From positions 30,814,001 to 30,878,000 of the forward strand of contig CM126224.1 in NCBI GenBank assembly GCA_052327205.1: a stretch of DNA of 64,000 bases, written 5' to 3'. Below, one piece after another: positions 1 through 12,000 of the stretch. The notes below the pieces were generated by a model. It saw nothing but the letters and a program-made list of their open reading frames with translations, searched no databases and was not told where the DNA came from. Both the position numbers and the translations under genes were made by a program. Each line of letters starts with the position of its first letter. Position 1 is the stretch's first letter. The stretch is from Somniosus microcephalus. Its lineage: Eukaryota.

Positions 1-253
1 TGCTTAGAATTTGCTTATGTTTTGGTTCCCTGCGGATGTTATAACATTTTGCACTGTGACGGTCACATATGACCTTGTTTCCAAGCTAGCTGTCTGCTGT
101 TTGTGTGCTAGAAAGGTTGTTTTATGTATCTTTAATTTGACCAACCAAAGCCCAATGCCTATGTTTCTTCCATTACTGCAAATAACCATATTATAATGCT
201 ATGTTAGGATTTTGACTTTGTCTAACAAAACTGCTTCAAAATGCGTAAGTTAA

Positions 254-1552
254 CCAGTGTATGAGACTAGAATAGAAGGTATCTTTGGGAATTTAATGAT
301 TCATTCCATGGTACAATAGTCTGATAATGAAATAGTTAGTTTTGCATAGCTAAAGCTACATAAATAACTGATAACAAGCAGTTACGTACATCTGATGGCC
401 AAGAATGGCATGTCTGACTCCAAACTAGGGAGGATAGGGACAAGAGAGATAAGAGAAATTCTGATGGGTAGGCCTTCAAAACGTATAAACAATAAAGCAT
501 GTGTAATGATTGTGAAGACCCCTCCTGGAGGGTGGATCTTAATCTTGAAGTTGAGATTAAGAACTCGACGTGCCATTGGGCACCTAGGTTTAGGAAGAGA
601 CCTTACAGGTTAAATGGTCCTGTCCATATTTTACATCAGGCTCACCCCTAAAAAAGGTATAAGAGAAAAACCTGAAAAGCCCTTAGCACAGATGGTGGAG
701 GGGAGAGACATACAAGAGTGAGGCTGGTCTAACACTCTTCCAGGAGCAGACTCAGCCCATTCTTGGAAGTTCTGGACGAGAGGGAGAAAGGCCATAAGCC
801 GGAGAATTTTCGCGCACGCCAGCTGTCTGTCCGATCGGGACCAGTACCAGCTGATTGTGACGGTTGTATGTTTTTGCTGTATAGCTAATGTGTTATATTC
901 CATCTTAAACTCCCTCCAAGAGGGGTCTTCACAACCATTACACATGCTTTATTGTTTATACGTTTTGAAGGCCTACCCATCAGAATTTCTCTTATCTCCC
1001 TTGTCCCTATCCTCCCTAGTTTGGAGTCAGGCATGCCATTCACACACAGAATCACACAGAAACCCCACAGTGCAGATAGAGGCCATTTCGGCCCATCGAG
1101 CCTGCACCGACACATATCCCACCCGATCCCCGTAACCCCTACACCAACACATATCCCACCCTATCCCCGTAACCCCACGTATTTAATCCCCCTAACACTA
1201 AGGGTCAATTTATCATAGCCAATCAACCTAACCCGCACATCTTTGGACTGTGGGAGGAAACCGGAGCACCCGGAGGAAACCCACGCAAACACGGGGAGAA
1301 TGTGCAAACTCCACACAGACAGTCGCCCGAGGCCGGATTCGAACCCTGGCGCTGTGAGGCAACAGTGCTAACCACTATGCCACCATTCTTAGCCATCAGA
1401 TGTACATAACTGCTTGTTATCAGTTATTTATGTTCATGCTGTTCATGCAGCTTTAGCTATGAAAAACTAACTATTTCATTATCAGACTATTGTACCATGG
1501 AATGAATCATTAAATTCCCAAAGATACCTTCTATTCTATTCTCATACACTGG
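254..1552. mobile_element. Non-autonomous DNA transposon with ~280-bp TIRs and TTAA target duplication (piggyBac-like by TSD)
   Basis: TTAA(250-253)|CCAGTGTATGAG...CTCATACACTGG|TTAA(1553-1556). Left arm 254-532 is the reverse complement of 912-1041 joined to ~1385-1552. Confidence 0.85.
1042..1384 (-). mobile_element. tRNA-derived V-SINE (HE1-like) inserted in the right TIR of the element above
   Basis: Minus strand reads GGTGGCATAGTGGTTAGCACTGTTGCC (A box), GGTTCGAATCC (B box), the V-domain GGGTTTCCTCCGGGTGCTCCGGTTTCCTCCCACAGTCCAAAGATGTG and a CR1-like tail; flanked by a (C)CATTC duplication. Confidence 0.85.
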
Positions 1553-1627
1553 TTAACACAATATTCCCACCATATTGGTTTGCAGTCGCTCCTGATAATT
1601 TGAAAGAGATTGGTAATCTCTACAAGC

Positions 1628-2495
1628 TAACAGATGGAAGCATAAAATTATAAAGAGATATTAATAGATTAAGCGAATGGGCAAAACTGTGGCAAATGAA
1701 TTTCAATGTAGGCAAATGTGAGGTCATCCACTTTGGACCTAAAAGGGATAGATCAGAGTACTTTCTAAATGGTGAAAAGCTAGAAACAGTGGAGGTCCAA
1801 AGAGACTTAGGGGTCCATGTACATAGACCATTAAAATGTCATAGACAGGTACAGATATTAATCAAAAAGGCTAACAGAATGCTGGCCTTTATATCTAGAG
1901 GATTAAAATACAAGGCGGTAGAAGTTATGCTACAGCTATACAAAGCCCTGGTTAGGCCACACCTGGAGCACTATGAGCAGCTCTGGGCACCACACCTTAG
2001 GAAGGATATATTGGCCTTGGAGGGTGTGCAGCGTAGATTTATCAGAATGATACCTGGACTCCAAGGGTTAAATTACGAGGAGAGATTACACAAACTAGGG
2101 TTGTATTCCCTGGAATTTAGAAGGTTGATTTGATCGAAGTTTTCAAGATATTAAGGGGAACTGATAGGGTAGATAGAGAGAAACTATTTCTGCTGGTTGG
2201 GGAGCCTAGGACTATGAGGTATAGTCTAAAAACTAGAGCCAGGCCTTTCAGGAGTGAAGTTAGGAGACACTTCTATACACAAAGGGTGATAGAAGTTTGG
2301 AACTCTCTTCCACAAACTGCAGTTGATGCTGGGTCAATTGTTAATTTTAAAGCTGAGATTGATAGATTTTTGTTAGCCAAAGCGATATGGGACAAAGGCG
2401 GGTATATGGAGTTAGGTCACAGATCAGCCATGATCTCATTGAATGGTGGAACAGGCTCGAGGGGCTAAAGGGCCTACTCCTGTTCCTATGTTCCT
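1628..2495 (+). mobile_element. CR1 LINE 3' fragment (RT C-terminus and 3'UTR), frameshifted
   Basis: WQMNFNVGKCEVIHFG, RDLGVHV, LYKALVRPHLE, LEGVQRRF, FYTQRVIEVWNSLP; tail cctactcctgttcctatgttcct. Confidence 0.9.
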
Positions 2496-2948
2496 CCCCA
2501 TTGCATCTGGTGCCTAGAAATGTTTAAACAAATAGGTAAGGCTAACATTTAAAAAACCAAGCTCAGTTTGAAAGTTTACACTGTATCAGGCTAACACAGG
2601 AATTATTCCCCTATTCCTGGTTAATGAGAGAAAATCCCATCTTTAGTGTTTGCTGCAGTGAAAATCAACCCTGGCAGCCAAAATAATGGAATTGAAACAA
2701 ATGCTGGGAACTGGCTGTGACTGTAGCTCTGCTGGGCTATAGTTCCACAAAATAAGAATGAGCATCATCAATAATCATCCCACTACTTATTAGGGCATGT
2801 GGTTCTTAGTGATCTATACAAAAAAAAACACATCTTCTGGTATTCATTGTTTGATATAATGCAGTGAGCTATTCACCGGCAAGTAATTCCAGCAGCTACC
2901 CAACTCGTGAGCATCTACACATTCTTCATTACATGAATCTATTCATAC

Positions 2949-3044
2949 CTGGATAACACGTCTGCTCAACCCAGTCATGTCCGCAAGCTTCTGAAGCGTT
3001 TGTGCATCAGGGTTATTGTCTTGTGCAAACTGTGCCTGCATCAC
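2949..3044 (-). CDS. LHX6: LHX6 coding exon 7 (96 nt; homeodomain helices 1-3)
   Basis: Acceptor gtgtacag|GTG ATG; [32 protein letters not shown]; donor CAG|GTATGA just before the expected VWFQN, a typical homeobox intron position. Confidence 0.96.
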
Positions 3045-6000
3045 CTGTACACAGATAGTGAGAAAGGTACTGTCAGCAAAGGCAGAGTTCAATATAAGGA
3101 TCGTAAGACAGTGTCTCCCACTTAAGATCAATTTGTATCTATTAAAGGAAAAGACAATGAGAATAAAGCAGCTGGTGTGGGATCTACATTCTGGTACTAG
3201 ATGTCACTATAAGGGATAAGAATTCAATTTGACTCAAAATCTGAAATGACCTCAAAAGGGCAACTTTGATCAACTTTCAAATACTTGACTTTGCCCGATT
3301 TAGATCATTTTGGGTTCACTGTCCCTTCAGTAAATGAGGGCCCCTCTATGAATAAACACTGTATTTATGTATATCTTTTCACTACTGTCTCACTGAAATG
3401 ATGGGTTGCTATCCAGGAATATATTTGTTATATATTGCATCCAGTTCAGGTATGACAGGAGTCGCCTGTAGTATAGAGGCTTGCTATATGTTATATAGGA
3501 AATTAACAAAATAAATGAGTGGGCAAAATGATGGCAGATACAGTTTAATGTAACAAAAAGTGTGAGGTTATACAATATGGAGGTTAGAATGGATATGGTC
3601 TAAATGGGGAAGTACTTTAATATTCAATGGGTGACTTTGAAATATAATTTTTATCCCACTGGTTAGTTATCCTGTGTTCCTCACTGACAGACGGCAGTGA
3701 TATTCATTCAGTATGCTCCAGGAATAGAAGTAGCAACATAACTGGAAAGTGTCTGATCTTAAATGGACTGCCCCGCAGTAAGAGAGACGGGGATCCCTGC
3801 CGCAATGCTACCTGTAATTGCTCTGCTGTGAATGACGTCCGTGCTCTTTTTGCTGGTTTGGGATGACTGTCTTGGTCTGAAGGTACAGCTCCCTCCAAGG
3901 TCAGCCCATTACCTGAATTTCAAAAATAAAATATATAAATAAATATGTGATAGGCCATCTTGTGATATACGGTAAGACAGGATGCACACAACAATTACAA
4001 ACTTGAATATTATAGGAATGGTTACGTCAGTCTGAGTTATAAACATATTTTCCAAGTCTTTCTTTAGTTTATCAGGAATTAGCTTGTCTTTGGTTTGAAT
4101 ATATTGTACCTAATGGTACTGTACTTTATGTAAAACAATGCCTCAAATTTCACAGAGCAGGATCCAAGTAATGGTGGGGGGAGTTGCTCACATAACATAC
4201 AGTTAAAAAATAACTAGTAACAGACAGAATATATAATGCCTGGGGTTCAGGATGGGATAACATTGTTTCCTCCAGCATGGCTCCCCACTCACCCCAGTCT
4301 GACCCTGCTCAAGTGAATATAGTGAACTTTTTCTCCTTTGATTTTTAGTAAAGGCAATCAATTTAAAAAGGGATTCCCATATCCACCATATCCAGCTGTG
4401 GCTCAGTGGGTAGCACACTCGCCTCGGAGGCAGACAGTTGTGGGTTCACGTCCCACTCCAGGGACTTGAGTACATAAAGCTAGGCCGACACTTCAGTGCA
4501 GTGTTGAGGGAGTGCTGCGCTGTTGGAGGTGCCGTCTTTTGGATGCGACGTTAAACCGAGGCCCCGTCTGCTCTTACAGGTGGATGTAAAATATCCCATG
4601 GCACTATTTCGAAGAAGAGCAGGGGAGTTATCCCTGGTGTCCTGGCCAATATTTATCCCTCAACCAACATAACAAAGACAGATTATCTGGTCATTATCAC
4701 ATTGCTGTTTGTGGGACCTTGCTGTGCACAAATTGACTGCCGCGTTTCCCTTCATTGGCTGTAAAGCGCTTTGATACGTCCGGTGGTTGTGAAAGGCGCT
4801 ATATAAATGCAAGTCTTTCTTTCATGCACTAAAAGAACCTCATGACATAAGAAGAACAAAACAACATGGTTCTGACAGAGAAAGGTCCACACCGCAGGCG
4901 GACATAGGAATTTCCTGGGATGTGTGGGCACCTTTGTTACGGAAATAATACATGGAGTAACTGCAGATGGAAACAGCGAGGTTAGAAATTGGGACGTGTA
5001 CCTACAAAGAACAAGAGGGAAAGTCACTAAAATAAAATAAATGAGCAAAAATGTAGCTAAAACAAGTAAACCACCTCCACGATGAAAATAATTGTGATTG
5101 TCCTGCATGGATGCATCAAGTCAAGGACACTGAAATCCAGCTGCATTCGGAACATCAGAAAACCACAGTTTCTGCCAGCTTTGCAAATTTAAGGACACAC
5201 TTCTGATTCTCTCTCATCATCTTTAAACTGCGAATAGCCAACTTTAAGATACTGGAATGCACTTCAAAAATGCGACGGGATTGTTCTAACATGGTTATTT
5301 TGCACTTTTGAAAGAGGGAGGGGGCTGTTATTTTGACATCTGTAAATAACGCGCAAATCAACTGTGACCGAAATTGTGTCAAATGCATTCGCTGCTAAGA
5401 AAGTGTTATTACTTTAATTATTGCAAAAATAGGTTATATTGAGGAAAAGGTTTGTGTAAAGATTGCATATTCGTACTGAAAATGTATTTGCTATGTTAAT
5501 GTTATATTGAAACAAACGGTTTATGTTGATGTAATTGTTTTGCTGATAAATTTAATGAATGGGTTATCCCACCAACATGAAATGTTAAGTAGAAAGAACA
5601 CAGGGTATGAAACGAACACAATACAGAGCGACACCTAAAGAAGACTGTAAGTGAACTCGCCAGTTATTGAGGCCGAGATCCCTGATTCCGTTAATGGTGA
5701 ACTGAGAGTTTCCATTTGACTTGCTCGTTTCCGTTTGGGAAGAGGAGACTGGGCGTGTTGAAGTGAGTTTGCGATGTGCTGTGTAAATGAGAACCAGTAT
5801 ATAATATACAGGCTCGCTTTGGACTTTAAAAAAAATCCCCAAAGTCAGTGAAAAAACTGAATGATTACAAGGCCACATTCCTTCATCTTCACTTTCCTGT
5901 TTAATTCCTCTCCGTTAAAATCTATACATTTTGATTAAAGGTTCTGACCATCTAGTCAAAGAAAATGATGTTTACAAATACATATTATTCAATATTTCTC

Positions 6001-9000
6001 CTACAAGCGGGAGAATTTTAGGAGGGATTGGTCCTGATTAAAGTTCAGAGGCTGCAAAACAGCGCAAGTGTTAAAAACTTTCAGAGCGATGGGGGAAGAG
6101 TTGCTCCGGCTCCCGTCTGTCGGGAGCTGGTTGATTGCGTTCAGTAGAATGTGTTGAGAATGTCCATCCTCATTCTGACCAGAGAAAGCCCTCCCTCCGC
6201 CCCGGAATTCTCAACCTTACCCCCCCCAGAAACCACCTTCACCAATGAAGAGCGGTGTCTGCATCAAAAACACAAGCGCCTGCAGTGATCTAGAAAACCT
6301 CAGAGACTCACAAAAACTGCCCACAATTGTAAAACAGTCCGAAAAAGAAACGAGCTGCAGACCCGTTTAATGCACAGCACGATCCATTGCCCCCGTCTCC
6401 ATCAAATCTGAATTGAATCACTCCATACCGGGACCAAAAACCTCCAGCTCCAGCCCATCCTGAATAAATGCATCGGTCACATTCGTTTAACCCAGTGTAA
6501 CATCGCTCCATTCAAATTCACGTCACTATGCCACCAAAATCTTATCAAACTCCCCGCCCCACTGTAAGGCTGTCCGAAGTATTCACTTCCTCCAAGCAGT
6601 GCACCCATGCTGTTCAGACTTTTGGTTTTTTTCTGCAAATCGCTGTTGAGCCCAGACAGATAGCAACTGGACTGAAAAAAGTGAGAGTGACAACTCTGCT
6701 TAATGCTTACCTGAGCGGAACTGATTATCATAGAACAATAGCAGATTACGGCACAGCAGGAGGCCATTCGGCCCTTCGTGACCATGTCTGAAAATTATAT
6801 ATAATTACAATATATATATGAATATGTAAACCTTTTCGTGCTTAGAACAATTTATATTATATATTGTATTGTTCATCTATATATAGATGAACAATGACAG
6901 TATATAATAGAAATTGTTCTATTATATATTGTAAATATATATGAACAATGAGTATATAATAGAAATAGTCCTATATAGTATATAATAGAAATAATTTTAT
7001 ATATATATATATATATAGGAACAATGGCAGAATATAATAGAATTAGTTCTATTATATATATGAACAATGGCAGTATATAATAAATAGTTCTTATATATAT
7101 ATATATGAATGAACAATGACAGTATATAATAGAAATAGTTCTAAGCACGAAAAGGTTTTAATGCAAGTTCAGACTTGGGCTGTCTAACTGGAAGATTTAG
7201 CACCAGGCAAGGCGACATTATAGAATTGGATCAGGTAAAGCAATGGTAATGTACAGATGTGTAGCTGTGCTCTCCGTGCACCGTATTGATTGATGTGCCG
7301 CTTTTAATCCTTTCCCCTCTCGGTGGGTCAAACCCGCTCTCGCAAACGTGAAGCAGCTTTGCATTATTCCGATTACTCCGCTATGTGGCCGGATGACTGT
7401 CGACAGCCTTTGCTGCTATCGGACCAGTCAGATCGGCGTCACATTCTAGATTTAGAAAGTAAATGTAACTTAGCCTTGAACTAAGTTCTAACACAACGAA
7501 CCTGTCTACCAAGCGCTGGCCGATCAGAGGAAACTCGGATCAGAAAATAATTCTAATTCTTCCACGATAGCAAAATACTGCGGATGCTGGAAATCCGAAA
7601 TAACAACAGAAAATGCTGGAAAAACTCAGCAGGCCAGGCAACATCCGTGGAGAGAAATAGGGTCAACGTTTCGGGTCGATTCTGTAGAAAGGTTTCGACC
7701 TGAAACGTTGACTCTATTTCTCTCTCCACGGATGTTGCCTGGTCTGCTGAGTTTTTCCAGCATTTTCTGTTGTTATTTCTAATTCTTCCACAATGGTTAT
7801 CATGGTACAGACGGACAGTTCCTGCTCTCTCTCTCTCTCTGTCTCCTGGTTATACAGTTCGCCCTTGTTACAGAAGTTACACAGCACTGGTCCAAGATTG
7901 TCACCTCTAAATGAACTATCTTTGGGTAGCGCTTTTTGTACAGCAGCTGTAAAAGGTCAGATTATTTCCCCATTCTCATTAAAAAAAAATCCAATAAACA
8001 CATTTTGTGCAGTCACAGCGCAGTTTTCTCACTGACACGTTAATGGGTTTGCCTGTTGGGTTGGAGACACGCTGGAGACAACAGACACACTGGGGATTAT
8101 TTAGTGATGTACCCGGGACTCGGCTTGTTCTGAGAGAATTCAGTGTTCCTGTGGGACAAATACCCAGTTCCAATAGATAATGTACAGACTCTGTCTAAGA
8201 CTTGGGAGGGACCGGGTAGTCTCGACCCTTCCCTCGCTGCCTACATGAATCAGAAAGCCTCTGATATGGGCCAAACATGAGCCTCCTCCGAAAGTCCCAC
8301 ACAGCACCATGGGCCTAACTCTGGCAATAGTGACAAAGAAGGAAGACCGTATGGTTTTTAGCACATCCTTTTGTCACCAGGGACCACGTGGTAAATTTAT
8401 CTTCAACACCTGTGTTCCATTTCACATCAGCAACTCTATTACAAAACAACAAAAACTGCGTGAAGTCCTTTCCCAGAATGTCATCTGTAGGTTTACTTTC
8501 ATTTAGTTTACTAACACCCATATGTTTGTGTTTAAAAGTATAAAAGGGATTAGATAAGAGTAGATACAAAGAAACTATCGCCTCTGGTGGGGAAACCCAT
8601 AACAAGAGGGCATAATCTCAAAATTAGAGCCAAGTCATTGAGCAGTGAAATCAGGAAGCACTTTTTCACACAAAGGGCTAAAAATTCAGTTGGGCGCCGT
8701 TTGGGGCGCCAAGCTCGCCTGGGCACTGGAATTACCGCTGCGAGCGGAGCCACTTGCGCCATCCGGATATTCAGTTTCTGCGCCCCAAATGGAAGCGGGC
8801 CACTAATCGAGGCTTCCCGCGCCCCGCTTGGGGCGCTCACCCTGAATATCGGCGCACTAAGGGCCGCAGCGCCACACGCTGTGGCATGGCACGCTGCGGT
8901 ACTGCAGGCCTTCCTCCCACTGTTAAGGGGGCGGTGCCTGCAACAGCACGATCCCCGCTCGCGAGTGCCGGCAAATGAGCCCGGCACCAAGGAGAAGTGC

Positions 9001-12000
9001 CGGGCTCTCGGGAAACAGCCGGCAATGCCGTGGGGGGGGGGGGTGTAGGAGGCCGGGGACGGAGGTGCTGGCAGGCGGCCGCTGAAAAAGTGGCCGGCCG
9101 CACCTCCACCTTAACTAGCGCCACTACCACCACAGGTAGGCCCCTGTGTACCGGTCGCTATTTGCGGCCGGCGCTGAGGAGGCGGGCGCGACCAAATATG
9201 GTCATCGGGGCGGGAGCGGGGCGCTGCGCACACCGATGACGTCACCGGTGGCGGCGCAGCGCTACAGGCTAACGCCGCCATTAGCGCCCCGCTAAATATC
9301 GCGGTAGGTGTGGCCAGTGGCGCAAAAGCCACTGAGTGCCCTCTTTGGGCGCAAACTGGTGGCACAGGCCACTGAATTTCTAGGCCAAAGTGTCTCAAGA
9401 TCTGGAACTTTCTGCCCCATAAGAAATTTTCACAACTGAGAATAGTTAAGGGTATCAAGGAATATGGAGCAAAGGTGAGTTAATGGAGTTGAAGTACAGA
9501 TCAACCATGATCTAATAGAATGGCAACAGACTCAAGGGGCTGATTGGCCTACTCCTATTCCTATGTTCCTACGTCTATTCATTAAGCGTTCAGCAAAAAA
9601 CAGATCTTAGTAATGTCTCTGTGGCATTTCAATTTGCCTGTAGTCGGGCTGCAGTCTTTCCCTCTGCCCAGTGCTGCTCGTAACCACACAGTTTCCTATG
9701 GGCTTCTAATTCCCTGTTTTTAACTTTCAGTTAATAACCAATTCAAAACAACTCAGTAGGTCAACTGGTCTGAACTTTACCATTTCTAACTGATCCTAAC
9801 TAATATCATGTCCTCTTTACTGCATGGATCTGAATGCATGGCCTCCTGAAATCTGGTCAGTTTCCTGTGTTATCATGTAGGGGCTGCAATGCAGATTCAC
9901 TAGACTGATACCGGGGCTAAAAGGGTTAAACTATGAGGACGGGTTGCATAGACTAAGCTTGTATTCCCTTGAGCAGAGAAGATTAAAGGTGATCTAATTG
10001 TGGTGTTTAAGATGGTTAAAGGATAGATAGAGAGAAGCTATTTCTGCTGGCAGGGGAGTCCGGAACAAGGAGGCATAACCTTAAAATTTGAGCTAGGCTG
10101 TTCAGCGGTAATGTCACACAAAGGGTAGTGAAAATCTGGAACTCTGTCCCCCAAAAAGTTGTTGAGGGTAGGTCAATTGAAAATTTCAAAATTGAGATTG
10201 ATAGATTTTTGTTTGGTAAGAGTATTAAGGGACATGGAACCAAGACGGGTAAATGGAGTTAAGATACAGATCAGCCATGATCTAATTGACTGGCGGAACA
10301 GGTTCATGAGGTTGAATGGCCTATTCCTGTATTGATGTTCCTGTGTTCTGAAGACTTATTGCCTTGTACACAATCAGTATTCTTACTATGTAATTGTTCA
10401 ACTGGTATATGGGTCCATGGCAGTCAACAGCCACTTGCTATAACACACTATTTGGTTGGCTGGCATATCACTCATAATATTTCATTTTATGAGCAATGAA
10501 ACTAATTATCTTAAAATATTTTTATTTGTAATAACATTTCAACAACATTATTCAGATGAAGAACTTGGAAAATTGCTCAGGGCCTAAGCTACTCAACCAG
10601 CTGGTTCTTTTACTATGCTACTGCACATAGTGGTCAAAATCAAAGGGAAGGCTTGGGAACATTTTAAACATATTATCCCCCCTCAATGTATTAATATCAA
10701 ATTGATATATGTTCCTATCATTCTATTTTATGATATTCAGTATCAAAACTTTAGCAGAAATTAGCTTGGTGGTAAAATATTGGGCCGTATTTTCCGATCG
10801 GAGGCTTCCCGCGTCTGGAAAAATCTACGCAGTTACCTGATAGTTCCAATACTGGGCCTCTCGAACTCCCAATGTGCAGGGCCCACGTATCCCAAAGGCA
10901 CATGCGATTCGCAAGTGTCCCTGTGATCACGTGGGCCATGGGGGAGCCACTCATAGAAGGGAATCACCCTTCATACACTTGACAGATAGACCTGTCAAAT
11001 ATATGAATGGAGATCACCCCAAAAACACTTCAAAACATTAAATAATTTTTTATTAAAAACATCACATTTTTAAAATTAGTTGAAATTACAATAAATTAAA
11101 TATTTTAAACTAAAATTTAATTTTTTGAAAAAAATAATTAAAGTTTTTTACAGGGCTAAAAATAAACTTACCTTTTTTAAAAGTATTTTTCAATGATAAA
11201 TGACTGAAAATTTTTAAAAAACTTTTTTCAACTCTTATCCTGGTAAAAGCAGGCCTTACACCTGCTTTTACCAGGCGTAAGAATCCTAAAGGCTTTCTGT
11301 GGGCGGAGGTTCTCCAGAAAGCGGAACTATGCACCCACAGAGGCCCTTCTCCAGGGCAGGCGTCCGATCTGTCAAGAGCATTGTTGACAGATCGGAAATG
11401 CCGGTTTTCAGCACATGCATTGTGCATGCCTGAAATCAGCATTTCCAATGTCCCAACAGGTGGGTACACAGCGCATACCCACCCGTAGGGATCGGAATAT
11501 CTGGGCCATTGTGATTTCTTGGGACCTGAGTTGGAATCCAGGCTAGATAAGTGGGATGAAAGTTAGCTTTCTCAGATAATTGTAAAGGGTATTGAGTGAA
11601 ATGAGGACCCACCATCTCAATCCATGGCACCAAACTACCCTTATAGCTGGCACAATTGGGACCAACTCAGCAATCTCACACACTTAAATCTCTAAAGACA
11701 GACAACATGAGTGATGCAACATATATGTTGGTACCATAAGGGAAGCCCTGTATTGCATCTGTTATTCCTGATCTGTTACTGCTTCTACTGAGTATGAAAA
11801 TCTATTCCCAAAAATTGTTAACCAACCCCTTCCTCCTAGCACCACCACCACTACAAATATATATAGAATGAAAAGAAGAGCACTTTATTGAGTTGGCATC
11901 TGACTCAAAAGGCCATAGTAAAATGTAATTTGCATGGAGATTCGGATAGCTGTCGGAGTGTGCTGCACAGATAGAAGACCTAGGTGAACCAATTTGATTG

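Noticed and set aside
382-1218. Paired ORFs with near-identical peptides on opposite strands
   Set aside because: They are a consequence of the long inverted repeat, not genes.
1320-1384. tRNA gene (also the heads at ~4393, ~29606 and ~58835)
   Set aside because: The A and B boxes belong to SINE heads continuous with SINE bodies; no complete cloverleaf.
1-2948. Remaining LHX6 exon(s) beginning VWFQNCRARHKK
   Set aside because: Not found on the minus strand in this interval, so they must lie outside the window.
6873-7148. Ile/Tyr-rich membrane protein ORF
   Set aside because: Translation of an AT-rich tandem repeat.
7597-7779. MicroRNA precursor
   Set aside because: The hairpin is fully explained by an inverted Penelope pLTR with a target duplication; there is no evidence of processing from sequence alone.
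8550-9458. Overlapping Ala/Arg/Gly-rich ORFs as a nested gene
   Set aside because: They are stop-poor frames of a GC-rich MITE, with no recognisable domain.
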